Notes under the pieces: generated by a model
What the model was told of the DNA's origin: nothing
The model's database searches: none
Seen by the model: the letters and a program-made list of their open reading frames with translations, nothing else
Shown here: piece by piece, positions 20,023 to 31,293 of the stretch
Layout: every line of letters starts with the position of its first letter
Numbering within the stretch: position 1 is the stretch's first letter
Made by a program: the position numbers and the translations under genes
Source of the DNA: Flavobacteriaceae bacterium
Lineage (GTDB): Bacteria > Bacteroidota > Bacteroidia > Flavobacteriales > Flavobacteriaceae
Length of the DNA stretch: 64,000 nucleotides
Assembly (NCBI GenBank): GCA_002862645.1
Contig: PKDQ01000026.1
Location: 66,777 to 130,776, forward strand
Direction of reading: 5' to 3'

Positions 20023-21066
20023 TTATATGACATTCAACAAGGTTTCGGCCTTGCGTTGACTCTCTTCCCACTCTGATTTTACGTTGCTTTCGACTGTTAT
20101 GCCACCTCCCATGTAGAGCGTGAGTTGTGTTTCTTCTATTGCCGCACAGCGTAAATTGACATATATATGTGCCTTTTCTTTTTCTACAGGCCCCAAAAAG
20201 CCTGCATAGTAGTTGCGTTGATGTGTTTCAAAAGTTTCAATGAAAGTAAGGCTTTTATATACGGGCACACCAGAAACAGCTGGAGTTGGGTGCAGTGCTT
20301 GAACAAGAACTAACAAGGCTACATCATTAATTTCAAATTCGAAATCAGTACAAATATGTACCAGGTTTCCAGCTCTTTTGGTGTAGACAGCAGATGGTTT
20401 TATATTGTGCTTTGGGTACAATACGTTCAATTGTTGCTCAATAAAATGGGCAACCATTTGTTGCTCTGCAATTTCCTTATTGGACCATTTTGTTGGTTTA
20501 TTTTCATGGTAGGCTAACGTTCCTGCCAGCGCCATGGTTTTGCATTTCCCAGCTTTTAGGCTTAACAGTGTTTCGGGTGTTGCCCCCATCCATGTACCTG
20601 TTTTGGGGTGTGACCAATAGTAAACCATAGCATTGGGGTAGGCATCTAAGAGTCGAACAAAAGAATCGGCTATATTTTGCTTGAATTCTTGTTTATGAAG
20701 CCGTGATACGACCACTTTTTGAATGTCACCTTTACCTATGGCTGTAATGGCATTTGTCACCAAGTCATTATAATATGCTTTTTGAGCAGTTGTTTCAGTT
20801 GCAGTTAATGTTTTGGTCCTGACTTTGGGACTAGGAATGGCGACTTGGGAAATGCGGTGGTTTGGAATATAAATAAATTGATTTGTGCGTTTAAAGGGGG
20901 CAAACACAAATCCACTTTCTGTCAAAGAAGTTGTTGTATGTAGTCTAGTGTCGTTTTGCTGTATGAGTTTGAGGGAATTGGTATTGGGTAAACGATACAG
21001 CACAAATGGGCGTTTGTCACGCCTCAATTGGGCAAATAGCTCGTAAAAGTTGTTTTCGATTTTCAT
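20023..21066 (-). CDS. menF: isochorismate synthase
   Basis: 347 aa chorismate-binding fold. C-terminal YMGGGITVESNVKSEWEES. First gene of the men operon. Confidence 0.85.
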   Translation of the reverse strand: MKIENNFYELFAQLRRDKRPFVLYRLPNTNSLKLIQQNDTRLHTTTSLTESGFVFAPFKRTNQFIYIPNHRISQVAIPSPKVRTKTLTATETTAQKAYYNDLVTNAITAIGKGDIQKVVVSRLHKQEFKQNIADSFVRLLDAYPNAMVYYWSHPKTGTWMGATPETLLSLKAGKCKTMALAGTLAYHENKPTKWSNKEIAEQQMVAHFIEQQLNVLYPKHNIKPSAVYTKRAGNLVHICTDFEFEINDVALLVLVQALHPTPAVSGVPVYKSLTFIETFETHQRNYYAGFLGPVEKEKAHIYVNLRCAAIEETQLTLYMGGGITVESNVKSEWEESQRKAETLLNVI

Positions 21067-21077
21067 CTCAGCAGGCG

Positions 21078-21085
21078 CAAAATTA
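21078..21085 (-). promoter_or_regulatory. candidate -7 box TAATTTTG for the men operon
   Basis: Plus strand CAAAATTA is the reverse complement of TAnnTTTG. It lies 11 nt upstream of the menF ATG. No clear -33. Confidence 0.3.
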
Positions 21086-21197
21086 CATACTGTAAATTGA
21101 ATTTTAGCACTTCCTTATAATATTCTGATTTTTTGAGATAATTATTCCTTCTTTTGCACGGCTGTTTAAAGAAGAAATAAAAACAGCTAAAAAATTA

Positions 21198-21228
21198 TTT
21201 GAAAGCGACAAAAATTATACTACATTTG
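21198..21228 (+). promoter_or_regulatory. candidate sigma-A promoter of the rpsL-led ribosomal cluster
   Basis: -33 TTTG (21198-21201), a 19-nt spacer, then -7 TACATTTG (21221-21228). 37 nt upstream of the rpsL ATG. Confidence 0.5.
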
Positions 21229-21265
21229 CAGCCCTTTAAATAAAGGATCAAAGCAAGTATAACGT

Positions 21266-21640
21266 ATGCCAACCATATCGCAACTAGTTCGAAAAGGTCG
21301 CAAAGACCTTGCAAAGAAGAGTAAATCAGCAGCTTTGGATTCATGTCCACAGCGAAGAGGTGTGTGTACCCGTGTGTACACCACTACACCTAAAAAGCCT
21401 AATTCTGCCATGCGGAAAGTGGCAAGGGTGCGCCTGACCAATGGAAATGAGGTAAATGCCTACATTCCAGGGGAAGGACACAACCTGCAAGAGCACTCCA
21501 TAGTGCTTGTGCGCGGAGGTCGTGTAAAAGATTTACCTGGTGTTCGCTACCACATTGTTCGTGGTGCGCTTGACACCGCTGGTGTAGAAGGCCGCTTACA
21601 GCGTCGTTCTAAGTATGGTGCTAAACGACCAAAAAAATAG
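21266..21640 (+). CDS. rpsL: 30S ribosomal protein S12
   Basis: [12 protein letters not shown]..., [16 protein letters not shown]. Confidence 0.98.
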   Translation: MPTISQLVRKGRKDLAKKSKSAALDSCPQRRGVCTRVYTTTPKKPNSAMRKVARVRLTNGNEVNAYIPGEGHNLQEHSIVLVRGGRVKDLPGVRYHIVRGALDTAGVEGRLQRRSKYGAKRPKK

Positions 21641-21665
21641 TTTAGACCTGATATGATAATATGAC

Positions 21666-21683
21666 GTTCAAGCTTGCTTGAAC
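21666..21683 (+). promoter_or_regulatory. hairpin in the rpsL-rpsG intercistronic spacer
   Basis: GTTCAAG-CTTG-CTTGAAC, a perfect 7-bp stem with a 4-nt loop, 16 nt upstream of the rpsG ATG. Confidence 0.3.
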
Positions 21684-21699
21684 CACTCAAACCCAGAAT

Positions 21700-22176
21700 A
21701 TGAGAAAAAGAAAGGCGAAAAAACGCCCGTTACTTCCCGACCCGCGATTTAATGACCAACTGGTCACGCGTTTTGTCAACAACCTGATGTGGAATGGAAA
21801 AAAATCAGTAGCACTCAAGATCTTTTACGATGCGATCGATATCGTAGATTCAAAAAAACAAGACGAAGAAAAAGATGCACTCCAACACTGGAAAGATGCA
21901 TTGTCTAATGTGATGCCCCATGTTGAGGTTCGCAGTCGTCGTGTAGGTGGTGCTACCTTTCAAATACCAATGCAAATACGCCCAGACAGAAAAATATCTA
22001 TGGCCATGAAGTGGTTGATTAGCTATGCGCGTAAACGCAATGAAAAATCGATGGCGCAAAAGTTAGCTGCCGAGATTCTAGCTGCTGAAAAAGAAGAAGG
22101 TTCTGCCGTTAAGAAACGTACAGACACCCACAAGATGGCAGAAGCTAACAAAGCATTTTCTCACTTTAGATTTTAA
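21700..22176 (+). CDS. rpsG: 30S ribosomal protein S7
   Basis: 158 aa. LPDPRFND..., [16 protein letters not shown]. Confidence 0.98.
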   Translation: MRKRKAKKRPLLPDPRFNDQLVTRFVNNLMWNGKKSVALKIFYDAIDIVDSKKQDEEKDALQHWKDALSNVMPHVEVRSRRVGGATFQIPMQIRPDRKISMAMKWLISYARKRNEKSMAQKLAAEILAAEKEEGSAVKKRTDTHKMAEANKAFSHFRF

Positions 22177-22197
22177 CAAAAAGTAGCATATCCAATC

Positions 22198-24321
22198 ATG
22201 GCAAGAGATTTAAAATATACACGTAACATTGGGATTGCAGCGCATATTGACGCTGGAAAGACCACTACCACCGAGCGTATTTTATATTACACAGGTGTTA
22301 GCCACAAAATTGGTGAGGTACACGATGGTGCCGCAACAATGGACTGGATGGAACAAGAGCAAGAGCGTGGTATTACCATTACTTCTGCAGCAACCACTTG
22401 TGAGTGGACATTTCCAACAGATCAAGGTAAGCCAGTTGATGGTGCAAAACCTTATCATTTTAATATTATTGACACACCTGGTCACGTTGACTTTACCGTT
22501 GAGGTAAACCGTTCATTACGTGTATTAGATGGGTTGGTATTTTTGTTTTCTGCCGTTGATGGTGTTGAGCCACAATCAGAAACAAACTGGCGTTTGGCTG
22601 ACAACTACAAGGTGCCACGTATGGGCTTTGTTAACAAGATGGACCGTCAAGGATCAAACTTCTTGAATGTTTGTAAGCAGGTTCGCGAGATGTTGAAATC
22701 AAACGCAGTACCTATTGTATTGCCTATTGGTGATGAAGATAACTTTAGAGGATGTGTTGATCTAGTAAAGAATCGTGCAATTATTTGGCATGAAGAAAAC
22801 ATGGGTGCAACCTTTGATGTTGTAGACATCCCTGAAGACATGAAGGAAGACGTTGAAAAATTTCGTGGTGAGCTTATCGAAGCTGTTGCAGAATATGACG
22901 ACAACCTTTTGGAAAAATATTTTGAAGATCCAGATAGTATTTCTGAAGACGAAGTGCACAATGCCCTTCGCGCAGCAACGCAAGACATGAGTATCATTCC
23001 TATGATTTGTGGCTCTGCATTCAAAAATAAGGGAGTTCAATTTTTGTTAGATGCCGTTTGTCGTTACCTTCCTTCACCAGAAGATAAGGAAGCTATTTTG
23101 GGTACTGACCCTAATTCGGGCGATCAAATTTCACGCAAGCCTTCTGTAAACGACCCGTTTGCTGCCTTGGCTTTTAAAATTGCTACCGATCCTTTTGTAG
23201 GCCGTTTGGCTTTTTTCCGTGCGTATTCTGGTCGTTTGGACGCAGGTTCTTACGTGTTGAACAACCGTTCTGGTAACAAAGAACGTATTTCACGTATCTA
23301 TCAGATGCATGCCAACAAGCAAAACTCTATTGACTACATTGAAGCGGGAGATATTGGAGCAGCGGTTGGATTTAAAGACATTAAAACAGGTGATACGCTT
23401 TCTGCTGAAAAGGCACCTATTATTTTGGAAAGCATGGACTTCCCTGATCCCGTAATTGGTATCGCGGTTGAACCAAAAACCAAAGCGGATGTAGATAAAC
23501 TAGGTATGGCCTTGGCCAAACTAGCCGAAGAAGATCCTACCTTCCAGGTAAAAACAGATGAGGCTTCTGGTCAAACCATTATTTCTGGAATGGGTGAGCT
23601 TCACCTTGACATTATTGTTGACCGTCTAAGACGAGAGTTTAAGGTTGATGTAAATCAAGGACAGCCACAGGTTGAATACAAAGAAGCCATTACAACTACT
23701 ACAGACCACCGCGAGGTGTACAAGAAGCAGTCGGGTGGACGTGGTAAGTTTGCCGATATTGTATTTACGCTTGAGCCAGCTGAAGAAGGTAAATCAGGCC
23801 TTGAGTTTGTAAACAAAATTAAAGGTGGTAATGTTCCTAAAGAATACATTCCATCTGTAGAAAAAGGATTCAAGCAAGCCATGTCAAATGGCCCATTAGC
23901 TGGATTTGAAGTAGATGCCATTAAGGTTACGCTGAAAGACGGATCGTTCCACCCTGTGGATTCGGATTCACTGTCTTTTGAGTTAGCTGCAAAAATTGGT
24001 TATAAAGAAGCTGCGAAGGCCGCAGGTGCCGTTATTATGGAGCCCATCATGAAGTTGGAGGTATTAACTCCAGAAGAAAACATGGGTGATATTGTAGGGG
24101 ATCTTAACCGCCGTCGCGGACAAGTGAATAGTATGGATGACCGTGCTGGATCAAAAGTTGTAAAGGGCAATGTGCCACTTTCAGAAATGTTTGGTTATGT
24201 AACTTCGTTACGTACACTTTCTTCTGGACGTGCAACTTCCACTATGGAGTTTTCACACTATGAACAAACACCACAAAATATTTCATCTGAAGTAATTGCG
24301 GCAGCAACAGGTCAGAGCTAA
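22198..24321 (+). CDS. fusA: translation elongation factor G
   Basis: 707 aa. [32 protein letters not shown]. Confidence 0.98.
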   Translation: MARDLKYTRNIGIAAHIDAGKTTTTERILYYTGVSHKIGEVHDGAATMDWMEQEQERGITITSAATTCEWTFPTDQGKPVDGAKPYHFNIIDTPGHVDFTVEVNRSLRVLDGLVFLFSAVDGVEPQSETNWRLADNYKVPRMGFVNKMDRQGSNFLNVCKQVREMLKSNAVPIVLPIGDEDNFRGCVDLVKNRAIIWHEENMGATFDVVDIPEDMKEDVEKFRGELIEAVAEYDDNLLEKYFEDPDSISEDEVHNALRAATQDMSIIPMICGSAFKNKGVQFLLDAVCRYLPSPEDKEAILGTDPNSGDQISRKPSVNDPFAALAFKIATDPFVGRLAFFRAYSGRLDAGSYVLNNRSGNKERISRIYQMHANKQNSIDYIEAGDIGAAVGFKDIKTGDTLSAEKAPIILESMDFPDPVIGIAVEPKTKADVDKLGMALAKLAEEDPTFQVKTDEASGQTIISGMGELHLDIIVDRLRREFKVDVNQGQPQVEYKEAITTTTDHREVYKKQSGGRGKFADIVFTLEPAEEGKSGLEFVNKIKGGNVPKEYIPSVEKGFKQAMSNGPLAGFEVDAIKVTLKDGSFHPVDSDSLSFELAAKIGYKEAAKAAGAVIMEPIMKLEVLTPEENMGDIVGDLNRRRGQVNSMDDRAGSKVVKGNVPLSEMFGYVTSLRTLSSGRATSTMEFSHYEQTPQNISSEVIAAATGQS

Positions 24322-24332
24322 AAATATAAACG

Positions 24333-24638
24333 ATGAGTCAGAAAATTAGAATAAAACTTAAATCGTACGACCACAACTTGGTAGATCGCTCTGCTGAGAA
24401 GATCGTCAAAACAGTTAAGTCTACTGGTGCGGTAGTAACAGGTCCTATTCCGCTACCTACACACAAAAAGCTTTTTACCGTTTTGCGTTCACCTCACGTA
24501 AACAAAAAAGCACGTGAACAGTTCCAACTGAGTTCTTATAAGCGCTTGTTGGATATTTACAGCTCTTCATCAAAGACCATTGACGCCTTGATGAAACTTG
24601 AGTTACCTAGTGGCGTTGAAGTAGAAATTAAAGTATAA
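24333..24638 (+). CDS. rpsJ: 30S ribosomal protein S10
   Basis: 101 aa. [14 protein letters not shown]. Starts 11 nt after fusA with no intervening tuf. Confidence 0.98.
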   Translation: MSQKIRIKLKSYDHNLVDRSAEKIVKTVKSTGAVVTGPIPLPTHKKLFTVLRSPHVNKKAREQFQLSSYKRLLDIYSSSSKTIDALMKLELPSGVEVEIKV

Positions 24639-24668
24639 CATCCCTTTAGGGGAGTAAACACTCAGATT

Positions 24669-25286
24669 ATGTCTGGTTTGATAGGAAGAAAAATTGGTAT
24701 GACAAGCATCTTTGACGAGAATGGGAAGAACCTTCCCTGTACTGTTATTGAAGCAGGTCCTTGCGTTGTTACACAAGTGAGATCCAAAGACGTTGATGGC
24801 TACGATGCCTTACAACTCGGTTTTGATGATAAACCTGATCGTAAAGTAACGAAAGCTGCCAGCGGACACTTTAAAAAAGCAAGTACTACGCCCAAGCGTA
24901 AACTTGTTGAATTTCAAGGCTTCGATACGGAGCATAAACTTGGTGATACCATCACAGTTGACCACTTTACTGCGGGTGAATTTGTTGATATCACGGGAAC
25001 TTCCAAAGGAAAAGGATTCCAAGGGGTTGTAAAACGTCACGGTTTTGCCGGTGTTGGTCAAGCGACACACGGTCAACACAACCGTTTAAGAGCTCCTGGA
25101 TCTATCGGTGCAGCTTCATACCCAGCACGTGTGTTCAAAGGAATGCGCATGGCAGGTCAAATGGGGTACGAAAAGGTTACTGTTCAAAACCTTAAAGTTT
25201 TGCAAGTTGTTCCTGAGAAAAATTTATTGGTGGTTAAAGGTTGTGTACCTGGTCACAAGAATGCATTTATATTAATTCGTAAATAA
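24669..25286 (+). CDS. rplC: 50S ribosomal protein L3
   Basis: 205 aa. [27 protein letters not shown]. Confidence 0.97.
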   Translation: MSGLIGRKIGMTSIFDENGKNLPCTVIEAGPCVVTQVRSKDVDGYDALQLGFDDKPDRKVTKAASGHFKKASTTPKRKLVEFQGFDTEHKLGDTITVDHFTAGEFVDITGTSKGKGFQGVVKRHGFAGVGQATHGQHNRLRAPGSIGAASYPARVFKGMRMAGQMGYEKVTVQNLKVLQVVPEKNLLVVKGCVPGHKNAFILIRK

Positions 25287-25915
25287 TGAAAGTAGCCATA
25301 GTTGACATTAACGGAAAAGAAACAGGTCGCACTGTTGCTCTAGACAAAGCTATTTTTGGTGTTGAACCAAATGAACATGCGTTGTATTTAGATGTAAAGC
25401 AATACCTAGCACACCAACGACAAGGAACGCACAAAACCAAAGAACGTGCAGAGATTGTGGGTAGTACACGCAAGATCAAGAAACAAAAAGGTACAGGTAC
25501 TGCTCGTGCGGGTAGCATCAAAAACCCATTGTTCCGTGGTGGTGGACGTGTATTTGGACCTAGAGTTAGGTCTTACAACCAGAAAGTGAACAAAAACGTT
25601 AAACGTTTGGCTCGCAAGTCTGCTTTTAGCCTTAAGGCACAGCAAAAAAATATTACGGTTGTTGAAGACTTTCAGTTTGATGCACCAAAAACAAAATCAT
25701 TTCAAGCAGCACTTAGTGCACTTGGTATCTCTGATAAAAAATCACTTTGGGTATTGGGTAGAGCCAATAAAAATGTGTTTTTATCTGGACGTAACCTTAT
25801 CAAAACAGAGGTGCTAACAAACTATGAGTTGAACACATATAAAATAATGAATGCCCAGCATTTGGTTCTTGCAGAAAGTGCCGTTGCTGCCATTGAAGCT
25901 AACCTGAGTAAATAA
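25286..25915 (+). CDS. rplD: 50S ribosomal protein L4
   Basis: 209 aa. KQKGTGTARAGSIKNPLFRGGGRVFGP. Confidence 0.97.
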   Translation: MKVAIVDINGKETGRTVALDKAIFGVEPNEHALYLDVKQYLAHQRQGTHKTKERAEIVGSTRKIKKQKGTGTARAGSIKNPLFRGGGRVFGPRVRSYNQKVNKNVKRLARKSAFSLKAQQKNITVVEDFQFDAPKTKSFQAALSALGISDKKSLWVLGRANKNVFLSGRNLIKTEVLTNYELNTYKIMNAQHLVLAESAVAAIEANLSK

Positions 25916-25921
25916 CAAAAG

Positions 25922-26212
25922 ATGCGTATTTTACTAAAACCTGTTATTACCGAAAAGGCAACTCGCGAGAGTGAGTTGAGAAACCGTTATACTTTCTTGG
26001 TTGATCCAAAAGCCAATAAAGTTGAAATTAAAAAAGCAGTTGAGGCAACTTACGGCGTTTCCGTCGAAAAAGTGCGCACACTTAATTACGGTCCTGCAAG
26101 ACGCTCACGTTATACTAAAAATGGTATACAGCATTCAAAGACCAACGCTACCAAACGCGCAGTTGTGGAAGTAGCAGAGGGAGAAAATATTGATTTTTAT
26201 AGTAATTTATAA
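25922..26212 (+). CDS. rplW: 50S ribosomal protein L23
   Basis: 96 aa. Position between rplD and rplB. ILLKPVITEKA. Confidence 0.95.
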   Translation: MRILLKPVITEKATRESELRNRYTFLVDPKANKVEIKKAVEATYGVSVEKVRTLNYGPARRSRYTKNGIQHSKTNATKRAVVEVAEGENIDFYSNL

Positions 26213-26220
26213 AATAGGAT

Positions 26221-27045
26221 ATGTCAGTTAGAAAACTAAAACCTATAACACCTGGACAGCGCGGTAGAGTGGTCAATGGAAACGACGCCATCACCACTGA
26301 TAAGCCGGAGAAAAGCTTGCTTGCTCCGAAAAAACGTTCAGGCGGTCGTAACAACAGCGGACGCATGACGTCACGCTACATCGGTGGTGGACACAAAAAA
26401 CGCTACCGTTTAATCGATTTTAAACGTGATCGTTTTGATTCACCTGCAGAGGTGAAAACCATTGAATATGATCCAAATCGATCTGCATTTATTGCCTTGA
26501 TTCAATTCGAAGACGGCGAGAAGCGATACATTATTGCGCAAAGCGGTCTTAAAGTTGGACAAAAGGTCGTTTCTGCTGAAAAGGCGCAACCCGAAATCGG
26601 AAATGCCATGCCTTTGGAAAATATTCCATTGGGTACCATCATTTCTTGTATCGAGCTTCGTCCCGGTCAAGGAGCATCCATTGCTCGTAGTGCTGGTGCT
26701 TTTGCACAGTTAATGGCACGTGACGGTAGGTTTGCAACCATTAAATTACCCTCTGGTGAAACACGCTTGATATTAACCACATGTATGGCTACTATCGGTA
26801 CGGTTTCCAATTCAGACCACCAATTGGTTGTTTCTGGTAAGGCGGGTCGTAGTCGTTGGTTAGGACGTCGTCCAAGAACGCGTCCAGTGGTGATGAACCC
26901 TGTTGATCACCCTATGGGTGGTGGTGAAGGGCGTGCTTCTGGAGGTCACCCACGTTCACGTAACGGTATTCCTGCAAAAGGATACAGAACACGTAACAAG
27001 AACAAGGCGTCAAATAAGTATATAATTGAACGTAGAAAAAAATAA
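26221..27045 (+). CDS. rplB: 50S ribosomal protein L2
   Basis: 274 aa. [26 protein letters not shown]. Confidence 0.98.
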   Translation: MSVRKLKPITPGQRGRVVNGNDAITTDKPEKSLLAPKKRSGGRNNSGRMTSRYIGGGHKKRYRLIDFKRDRFDSPAEVKTIEYDPNRSAFIALIQFEDGEKRYIIAQSGLKVGQKVVSAEKAQPEIGNAMPLENIPLGTIISCIELRPGQGASIARSAGAFAQLMARDGRFATIKLPSGETRLILTTCMATIGTVSNSDHQLVVSGKAGRSRWLGRRPRTRPVVMNPVDHPMGGGEGRASGGHPRSRNGIPAKGYRTRNKNKASNKYIIERRKK

Positions 27046-27048
27046 ACT

Positions 27049-27327
27049 ATGGCTCGATCACTAAAAAAAGGACCTTACGTACACTATAGCTTGATAAAGA
27101 AAGTGCAAGCTAACGTAGCATCAGGAAAAAAATCTGTAATTAAAACGTGGTCTCGTGCCTCGATGATCATTCCAGATTTTGTAGGACAAACCATTGCCGT
27201 ACACAACGGCCGTCAGTTTGTACCTGTATATGTTACTGAAAACATGGTAGGTCATAAGCTTGGTGAATTTTCACCCACTCGTTCATTCCGAGGTCACGCA
27301 GGAGCTAAAAACAAGGGAAAAAAATAA
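27049..27327 (+). CDS. rpsS: 30S ribosomal protein S19
   Basis: 92 aa. [27 protein letters not shown]. Confidence 0.98.
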   Translation: MARSLKKGPYVHYSLIKKVQANVASGKKSVIKTWSRASMIIPDFVGQTIAVHNGRQFVPVYVTENMVGHKLGEFSPTRSFRGHAGAKNKGKK

Positions 27328-27330
27328 GCT

Positions 27331-27738
27331 ATGGGAGTTCGTAAAAAGGAAATGGCAGCACAATTGAAAGAAGTCCGTAAGCACCTTGCTATCGCAAAAC
27401 TCAATGACTGTCCTACATCACCGAGAAAAATGCGTCTTATGGCAGATTTAATTCGTGGAAACGAAGTAGAAAAAGCATTGTCTGTTCTACGTTTTAGCGC
27501 AAAGGAATCTTCAAAAAGACTTGAAAAACTCTTGTTGTCTGCAATTGCAAACTGGCAAGCAAAAAATGAAGATGCCGATATTGAAAAAGCAGGTCTTTAT
27601 ATTAAAGAAATTCGTGTGGATAGTGGAGCAATGCTTAAGCGTTTGCGTCCAGCACCACAAGGAAGAGGTCATCGAATTAGAAAACGTTCCAACCATGTTA
27701 CTATGGTGTTGGGAGCACAAGATAACGCACAAAGCTAA
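27331..27738 (+). CDS. rplV: 50S ribosomal protein L22
   Basis: 135 aa. [14 protein letters not shown]. Operon position. Confidence 0.95.
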   Translation: MGVRKKEMAAQLKEVRKHLAIAKLNDCPTSPRKMRLMADLIRGNEVEKALSVLRFSAKESSKRLEKLLLSAIANWQAKNEDADIEKAGLYIKEIRVDSGAMLKRLRPAPQGRGHRIRKRSNHVTMVLGAQDNAQS

Positions 27739-27746
27739 TACCGAAT

Positions 27747-28466
27747 ATGGGACAAAAGACAAATCCAATTGGCAATAGATTAGGTATCATCCGTGGATGG
27801 GAATCCAACTGGTATGGTGGAAACGATTACGGAGATAAGCTAGCCGAAGACGATAAAATTCGTCGCTATGTGCATGCACGTCTTGCCAAGGCAAGCGTTT
27901 CTCGTGTAATCATTGAACGTACGCTAAAGTTGGTTACCATTACCATTACAACGGCCCGCCCGGGTATCATTATTGGTAAAGGTGGTCAAGAAGTTGATAA
28001 GCTTAAAGAAGAGCTTAAGAAAATCACAAACAAGGAAGTTCAGTTGAACATTTTTGAAATCAAGCGCCCTGAGTTGGAAGCCCAACTTGTAGGTGCTAGT
28101 ATTGCACGTCAAATTGAGAGTCGTATATCATATCGTCGTGCTATTAAAATGGCAATTACAGCTGCAATGCGTATGAACGCAGAAGGCATTAAAGTACAGA
28201 TTTCAGGCCGTTTGAATGGTGCTGAGATGGCGCGCTCCGAAAGCTATAAAGATGGTCGTATTCCGTTGTCTACGTTCCGTGCAGATATTGATTATGCTTT
28301 GGTTGAAGCGCATACTACTTATGGTAGATTGGGCATCAAAGTATGGATTATGAAAGGTGAAGTTTATGGCAAGCGTGAGTTGTCTCCTCTAGTGGGAATG
28401 AGCTTGAATGCTGCCAAAGGTAAAAACGATAAACGCGGTGGACGAGTTCCTCGCCGTAGAAATTAA
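27747..28466 (+). CDS. rpsC: 30S ribosomal protein S3
   Basis: 239 aa. [14 protein letters not shown] and a KH domain GIIIGKGGQ. Confidence 0.98.
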   Translation: MGQKTNPIGNRLGIIRGWESNWYGGNDYGDKLAEDDKIRRYVHARLAKASVSRVIIERTLKLVTITITTARPGIIIGKGGQEVDKLKEELKKITNKEVQLNIFEIKRPELEAQLVGASIARQIESRISYRRAIKMAITAAMRMNAEGIKVQISGRLNGAEMARSESYKDGRIPLSTFRADIDYALVEAHTTYGRLGIKVWIMKGEVYGKRELSPLVGMSLNAAKGKNDKRGGRVPRRRN

Positions 28467-28476
28467 ACGTTAGATC

Positions 28477-28896
28477 ATGTTACAACCAAAAAGAACAAAA
28501 CACCGTAAAATGCAGAAAGGCCGTATGAAAGGCCTATCGCAGCGCGGACATGTACTATCCAATGGCATGTATGGTATCAAGGCGCTTGATTCCAAGTTTA
28601 TCACGTCTCGCCAAATTGAGGCTGCACGAATTGCTGCTACACGTTACATGAAACGTGAAGGACAATTGTGGATTAAGATTTTTCCAGATAAGCCCATCAC
28701 TAAAAAACCACTTGAGGTTCGTATGGGTAAAGGTAAAGGGGCATTAGATCACTATGTGGCTGTTGTCAAACCTGGACGTATCATGTTCGAGATTTCAGGT
28801 GTGCCTATCGACGTTGCTAAAGAAGCATTACGCTTAGCAGCTCAAAAATTACCAGTTAAAACAAAGTTTATTATCGCTCGCGATTACGAAGCATAA
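28477..28896 (+). CDS. rplP: 50S ribosomal protein L16
   Basis: 139 aa. [16 protein letters not shown]. Confidence 0.98.
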   Translation: MLQPKRTKHRKMQKGRMKGLSQRGHVLSNGMYGIKALDSKFITSRQIEAARIAATRYMKREGQLWIKIFPDKPITKKPLEVRMGKGKGALDHYVAVVKPGRIMFEISGVPIDVAKEALRLAAQKLPVKTKFIIARDYEA

Positions 28897-28905
28897 GAAG
28901 TAGAT

Positions 28906-29103
28906 ATGAAACAGACAGAAATTAATGAGTCATCGGTTGAGGAGCTAAACGAAAAGCTAGCTGCTTTTCAAAAAAGCTATGAAAGTGCACGTGCTACACA
29001 CGCGTTATCACCGCTAGAAAATCCACTTTCTTTGCGTCAGCAGCGTAGAACAATTGCACGTATCAAAACAGAACTCACAAAAAGAACTTTAGAGCAAGCA
29101 TAG
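28906..29103 (+). CDS. rpmC: 50S ribosomal protein L29
   Basis: 65 aa. Operon position between rplP and rpsQ. Helical, [12 protein letters not shown]. Confidence 0.9.
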   Translation: MKQTEINESSVEELNEKLAAFQKSYESARATHALSPLENPLSLRQQRRTIARIKTELTKRTLEQA

Positions 29104-29104
29104 T

Positions 29105-29362
29105 ATGGAAACTAGAAATTTACGTAAAGAACGTATTGGCGTTGTAACGAGTAACAAAATGCAGAAGTCTATTGTTGTTTCTGAAGTAAAACGCGTGAAG
29201 CACCCGATGTATGGGAAATTTGTTTTGAAAACAAAGAAGTATGTCGCTCACGATGAAACGAACAATTGCAATATTGGTGATACGGTAAAAATTATGGAAA
29301 CACGCCCCATGAGCGCATCAAAGTGCTGGCGTTTAGTTGAAATTATTGAAAGAGCTAAATAA
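29105..29362 (+). CDS. rpsQ: 30S ribosomal protein S17
   Basis: 85 aa. [19 protein letters not shown]. Confidence 0.95.
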   Translation: METRNLRKERIGVVTSNKMQKSIVVSEVKRVKHPMYGKFVLKTKKYVAHDETNNCNIGDTVKIMETRPMSASKCWRLVEIIERAK

Positions 29363-29730
29363 TGTTACAACAAGAATCAAGACTTAGAGTTGCCGACAAT
29401 ACAGGCGCCAAAGAAGTACTCACCATCCGTGTGTTGGGCGGTACTAAGCGTCGTTACGCTTCTATTGGCGATAAAATAGTTGTTACGGTCAAAGAAGCAA
29501 CACCCAATGGATCTGTCAAAAAAGGACAGGTATCTACTGCGGTTGTTGTACGCACCAAAAAAGAAATTCGTCGTCCAGACGGATCATATATTCGATTTGA
29601 CGAAAATGCATGTGTCTTGCTAGATGCACAAGGCGAAATGCGCGGTACGCGTGTTTTTGGTCCTGTTGCACGTGAGCTGCGTGATCGTCAGTTTATGAAA
29701 ATAATCTCATTAGCTCCTGAAGTACTATAA
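29362..29730 (+). CDS. rplN: 50S ribosomal protein L14
   Basis: 122 aa. [18 protein letters not shown]. Confidence 0.98.
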   Translation: MLQQESRLRVADNTGAKEVLTIRVLGGTKRRYASIGDKIVVTVKEATPNGSVKKGQVSTAVVVRTKKEIRRPDGSYIRFDENACVLLDAQGEMRGTRVFGPVARELRDRQFMKIISLAPEVL

Positions 29731-29732
29731 TT

Positions 29733-30044
29733 ATGAGTAAGATAAAACTAAAAAATGGAGATAAAGTACGTGTCATTGCGGGAGACCACAAGGGTACGGA
29801 AGGCGAAATAGTTACGCTAATCCGCGAAAAAAACAAAGCGATCGTTTCGGGCGTGAATGTTGTAAAACGACACACCAAACCCAATGCACAAAATCCACAA
29901 GGGGGAATTATAGAAAAAGAAGCACCTATTGCTATTTCTAATCTTTCTTTGTTAACTGCTGAAGGACAAACCACTCGAATCGGATATCGCATGGAAGAAG
30001 GTAAGAAAGTACGTGTATCACGTAAAACCAATGAAGCTATTTAA
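29733..30044 (+). CDS. rplX: 50S ribosomal protein L24
   Basis: 103 aa. [15 protein letters not shown] (KOW motif). Confidence 0.95.
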   Translation: MSKIKLKNGDKVRVIAGDHKGTEGEIVTLIREKNKAIVSGVNVVKRHTKPNAQNPQGGIIEKEAPIAISNLSLLTAEGQTTRIGYRMEEGKKVRVSRKTNEAI

Positions 30045-30045
30045 C

Positions 30046-30597
30046 ATGAGTTATATACCTAGACTTAAGACGGAATATAAAGACCGTATTATTACACGAC
30101 TAACCGAAGAATTCGGTTACAGCAATATTATGCAAGTACCCAAGCTTGAAAAGATAGTGTTGAGTCGTGGTGTTGGAGCAGCAGTTGCTGACAAAAAACT
30201 CGTAGATCATGCAGTTGATGAATTGACCATGATATCTGGACAAAAAGCATTGGCAACGATTTCTAAAAAAGATGTTGCCACATTTAAACTTCGTAAAGGA
30301 ATGCCTATTGGCGCAAAAGTTACCTTACGTGGAAATAAAATGTACGAATTCTTCGACCGTTTGGTTACGGCTGCACTTCCACGAGTGCGTGACTTCCAAG
30401 GGGTAAAGGCAGATGGCTTTGATGGTCGTGGAAATTACAATTTGGGTATTCAAGAACAAATCATCTTCCCTGAAATCGATATCGATAAGGTGAATAAGAT
30501 ATCTGGAATGGACATTACTTTCGTAACATCGGCTAACACCGATAAAGAAGCTAAATCATTGTTAAACGAATTGGGTATGCCCTTTAAGAAAAACTAG
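30046..30597 (+). CDS. rplE: 50S ribosomal protein L5
   Basis: ATG at 30046 ([13 protein letters not shown]), 1 nt after the rplX stop. The track's 30013 start would overlap rpl[11 protein letters not shown]. Confidence 0.95.
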   Translation: MSYIPRLKTEYKDRIITRLTEEFGYSNIMQVPKLEKIVLSRGVGAAVADKKLVDHAVDELTMISGQKALATISKKDVATFKLRKGMPIGAKVTLRGNKMYEFFDRLVTAALPRVRDFQGVKADGFDGRGNYNLGIQEQIIFPEIDIDKVNKISGMDITFVTSANTDKEAKSLLNELGMPFKKN

Positions 30598-30598
30598 T

Positions 30599-30868
30599 AT
30601 GGCAAAAGAATCAATGAAGGCCCGTGAGGTCAAAAGAGCAAAACTAGCCGCTAAATATGCTGATAAGCGTGCTGCCTTAAAAGCAGCTGGCGATTATGAA
30701 GCGCTACAAAAATTACCTAAAAACGCATCTCCTGTGCGTGGGCACAACCGCTGCAAGCTTACAGGGCGTCCAAAAGGATATATGCGTCAGTTTGGTCTTT
30801 CTCGTGTTATGTTCAGAGAAATGGCTAATAAAGGTTTAATCCCGGGAGTTAAAAAAGCGAGCTGGTAA
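30599..30868 (+). CDS. rpsN: 30S ribosomal protein S14 (long form)
   Basis: 89 aa. [19 protein letters not shown]. Confidence 0.95.
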   Translation: MAKESMKAREVKRAKLAAKYADKRAALKAAGDYEALQKLPKNASPVRGHNRCKLTGRPKGYMRQFGLSRVMFREMANKGLIPGVKKASW

Positions 30869-30880
30869 ACAAATAAAATT

Positions 30881-31279
30881 ATGAATACAGATCCAATTGC
30901 AGATTATTTAACACGCGTTCGTAACGCAAACAGCGCTGGTCACCGCGTAGTTTCGATTCCTGCTTCAAAGTTGAAGCTTGAAATCACAAAGATTTTATTT
31001 GACCAAGGCTACATTCTTAGTTACAAGGTTGAAGAAGAGACTGTTCAAAAAAGTATCAAAATTGCTTTAAAGTACGACCGACTTACTAAAGAACCTGTAA
31101 TTAAAAAATTACAACGAATCAGTACTCCTGGTTTGCGTAAATATGCTTCTTCTGGAGAAATTCCACGTGTATTAAATGGTTTAGGTACTGCCATAGTATC
31201 TACATCTCACGGAGTAATGACTGGAAAACAAGCTAAAAAAGAAAACGTAGGTGGTGAGGTAATTTGTTACATACACTAA
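30881..31279 (+). CDS. rpsH: 30S ribosomal protein S8
   Basis: 132 aa. DPIADYLTRVRNA. Confidence 0.97.
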   Translation: MNTDPIADYLTRVRNANSAGHRVVSIPASKLKLEITKILFDQGYILSYKVEEETVQKSIKIALKYDRLTKEPVIKKLQRISTPGLRKYASSGEIPRVLNGLGTAIVSTSHGVMTGKQAKKENVGGEVICYIH

Positions 31280-31293
31280 TAAAAAATTGAATT

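Noticed and set aside
21161-21187. GCTGTTT...AAACAGC inverted repeat in the menF/rpsL divergent region.
   Set aside because: It has only a 7-bp stem with a 13-nt A-rich loop and no U-tract on either strand. Its position upstream of both candidate promoters gives no clear role.
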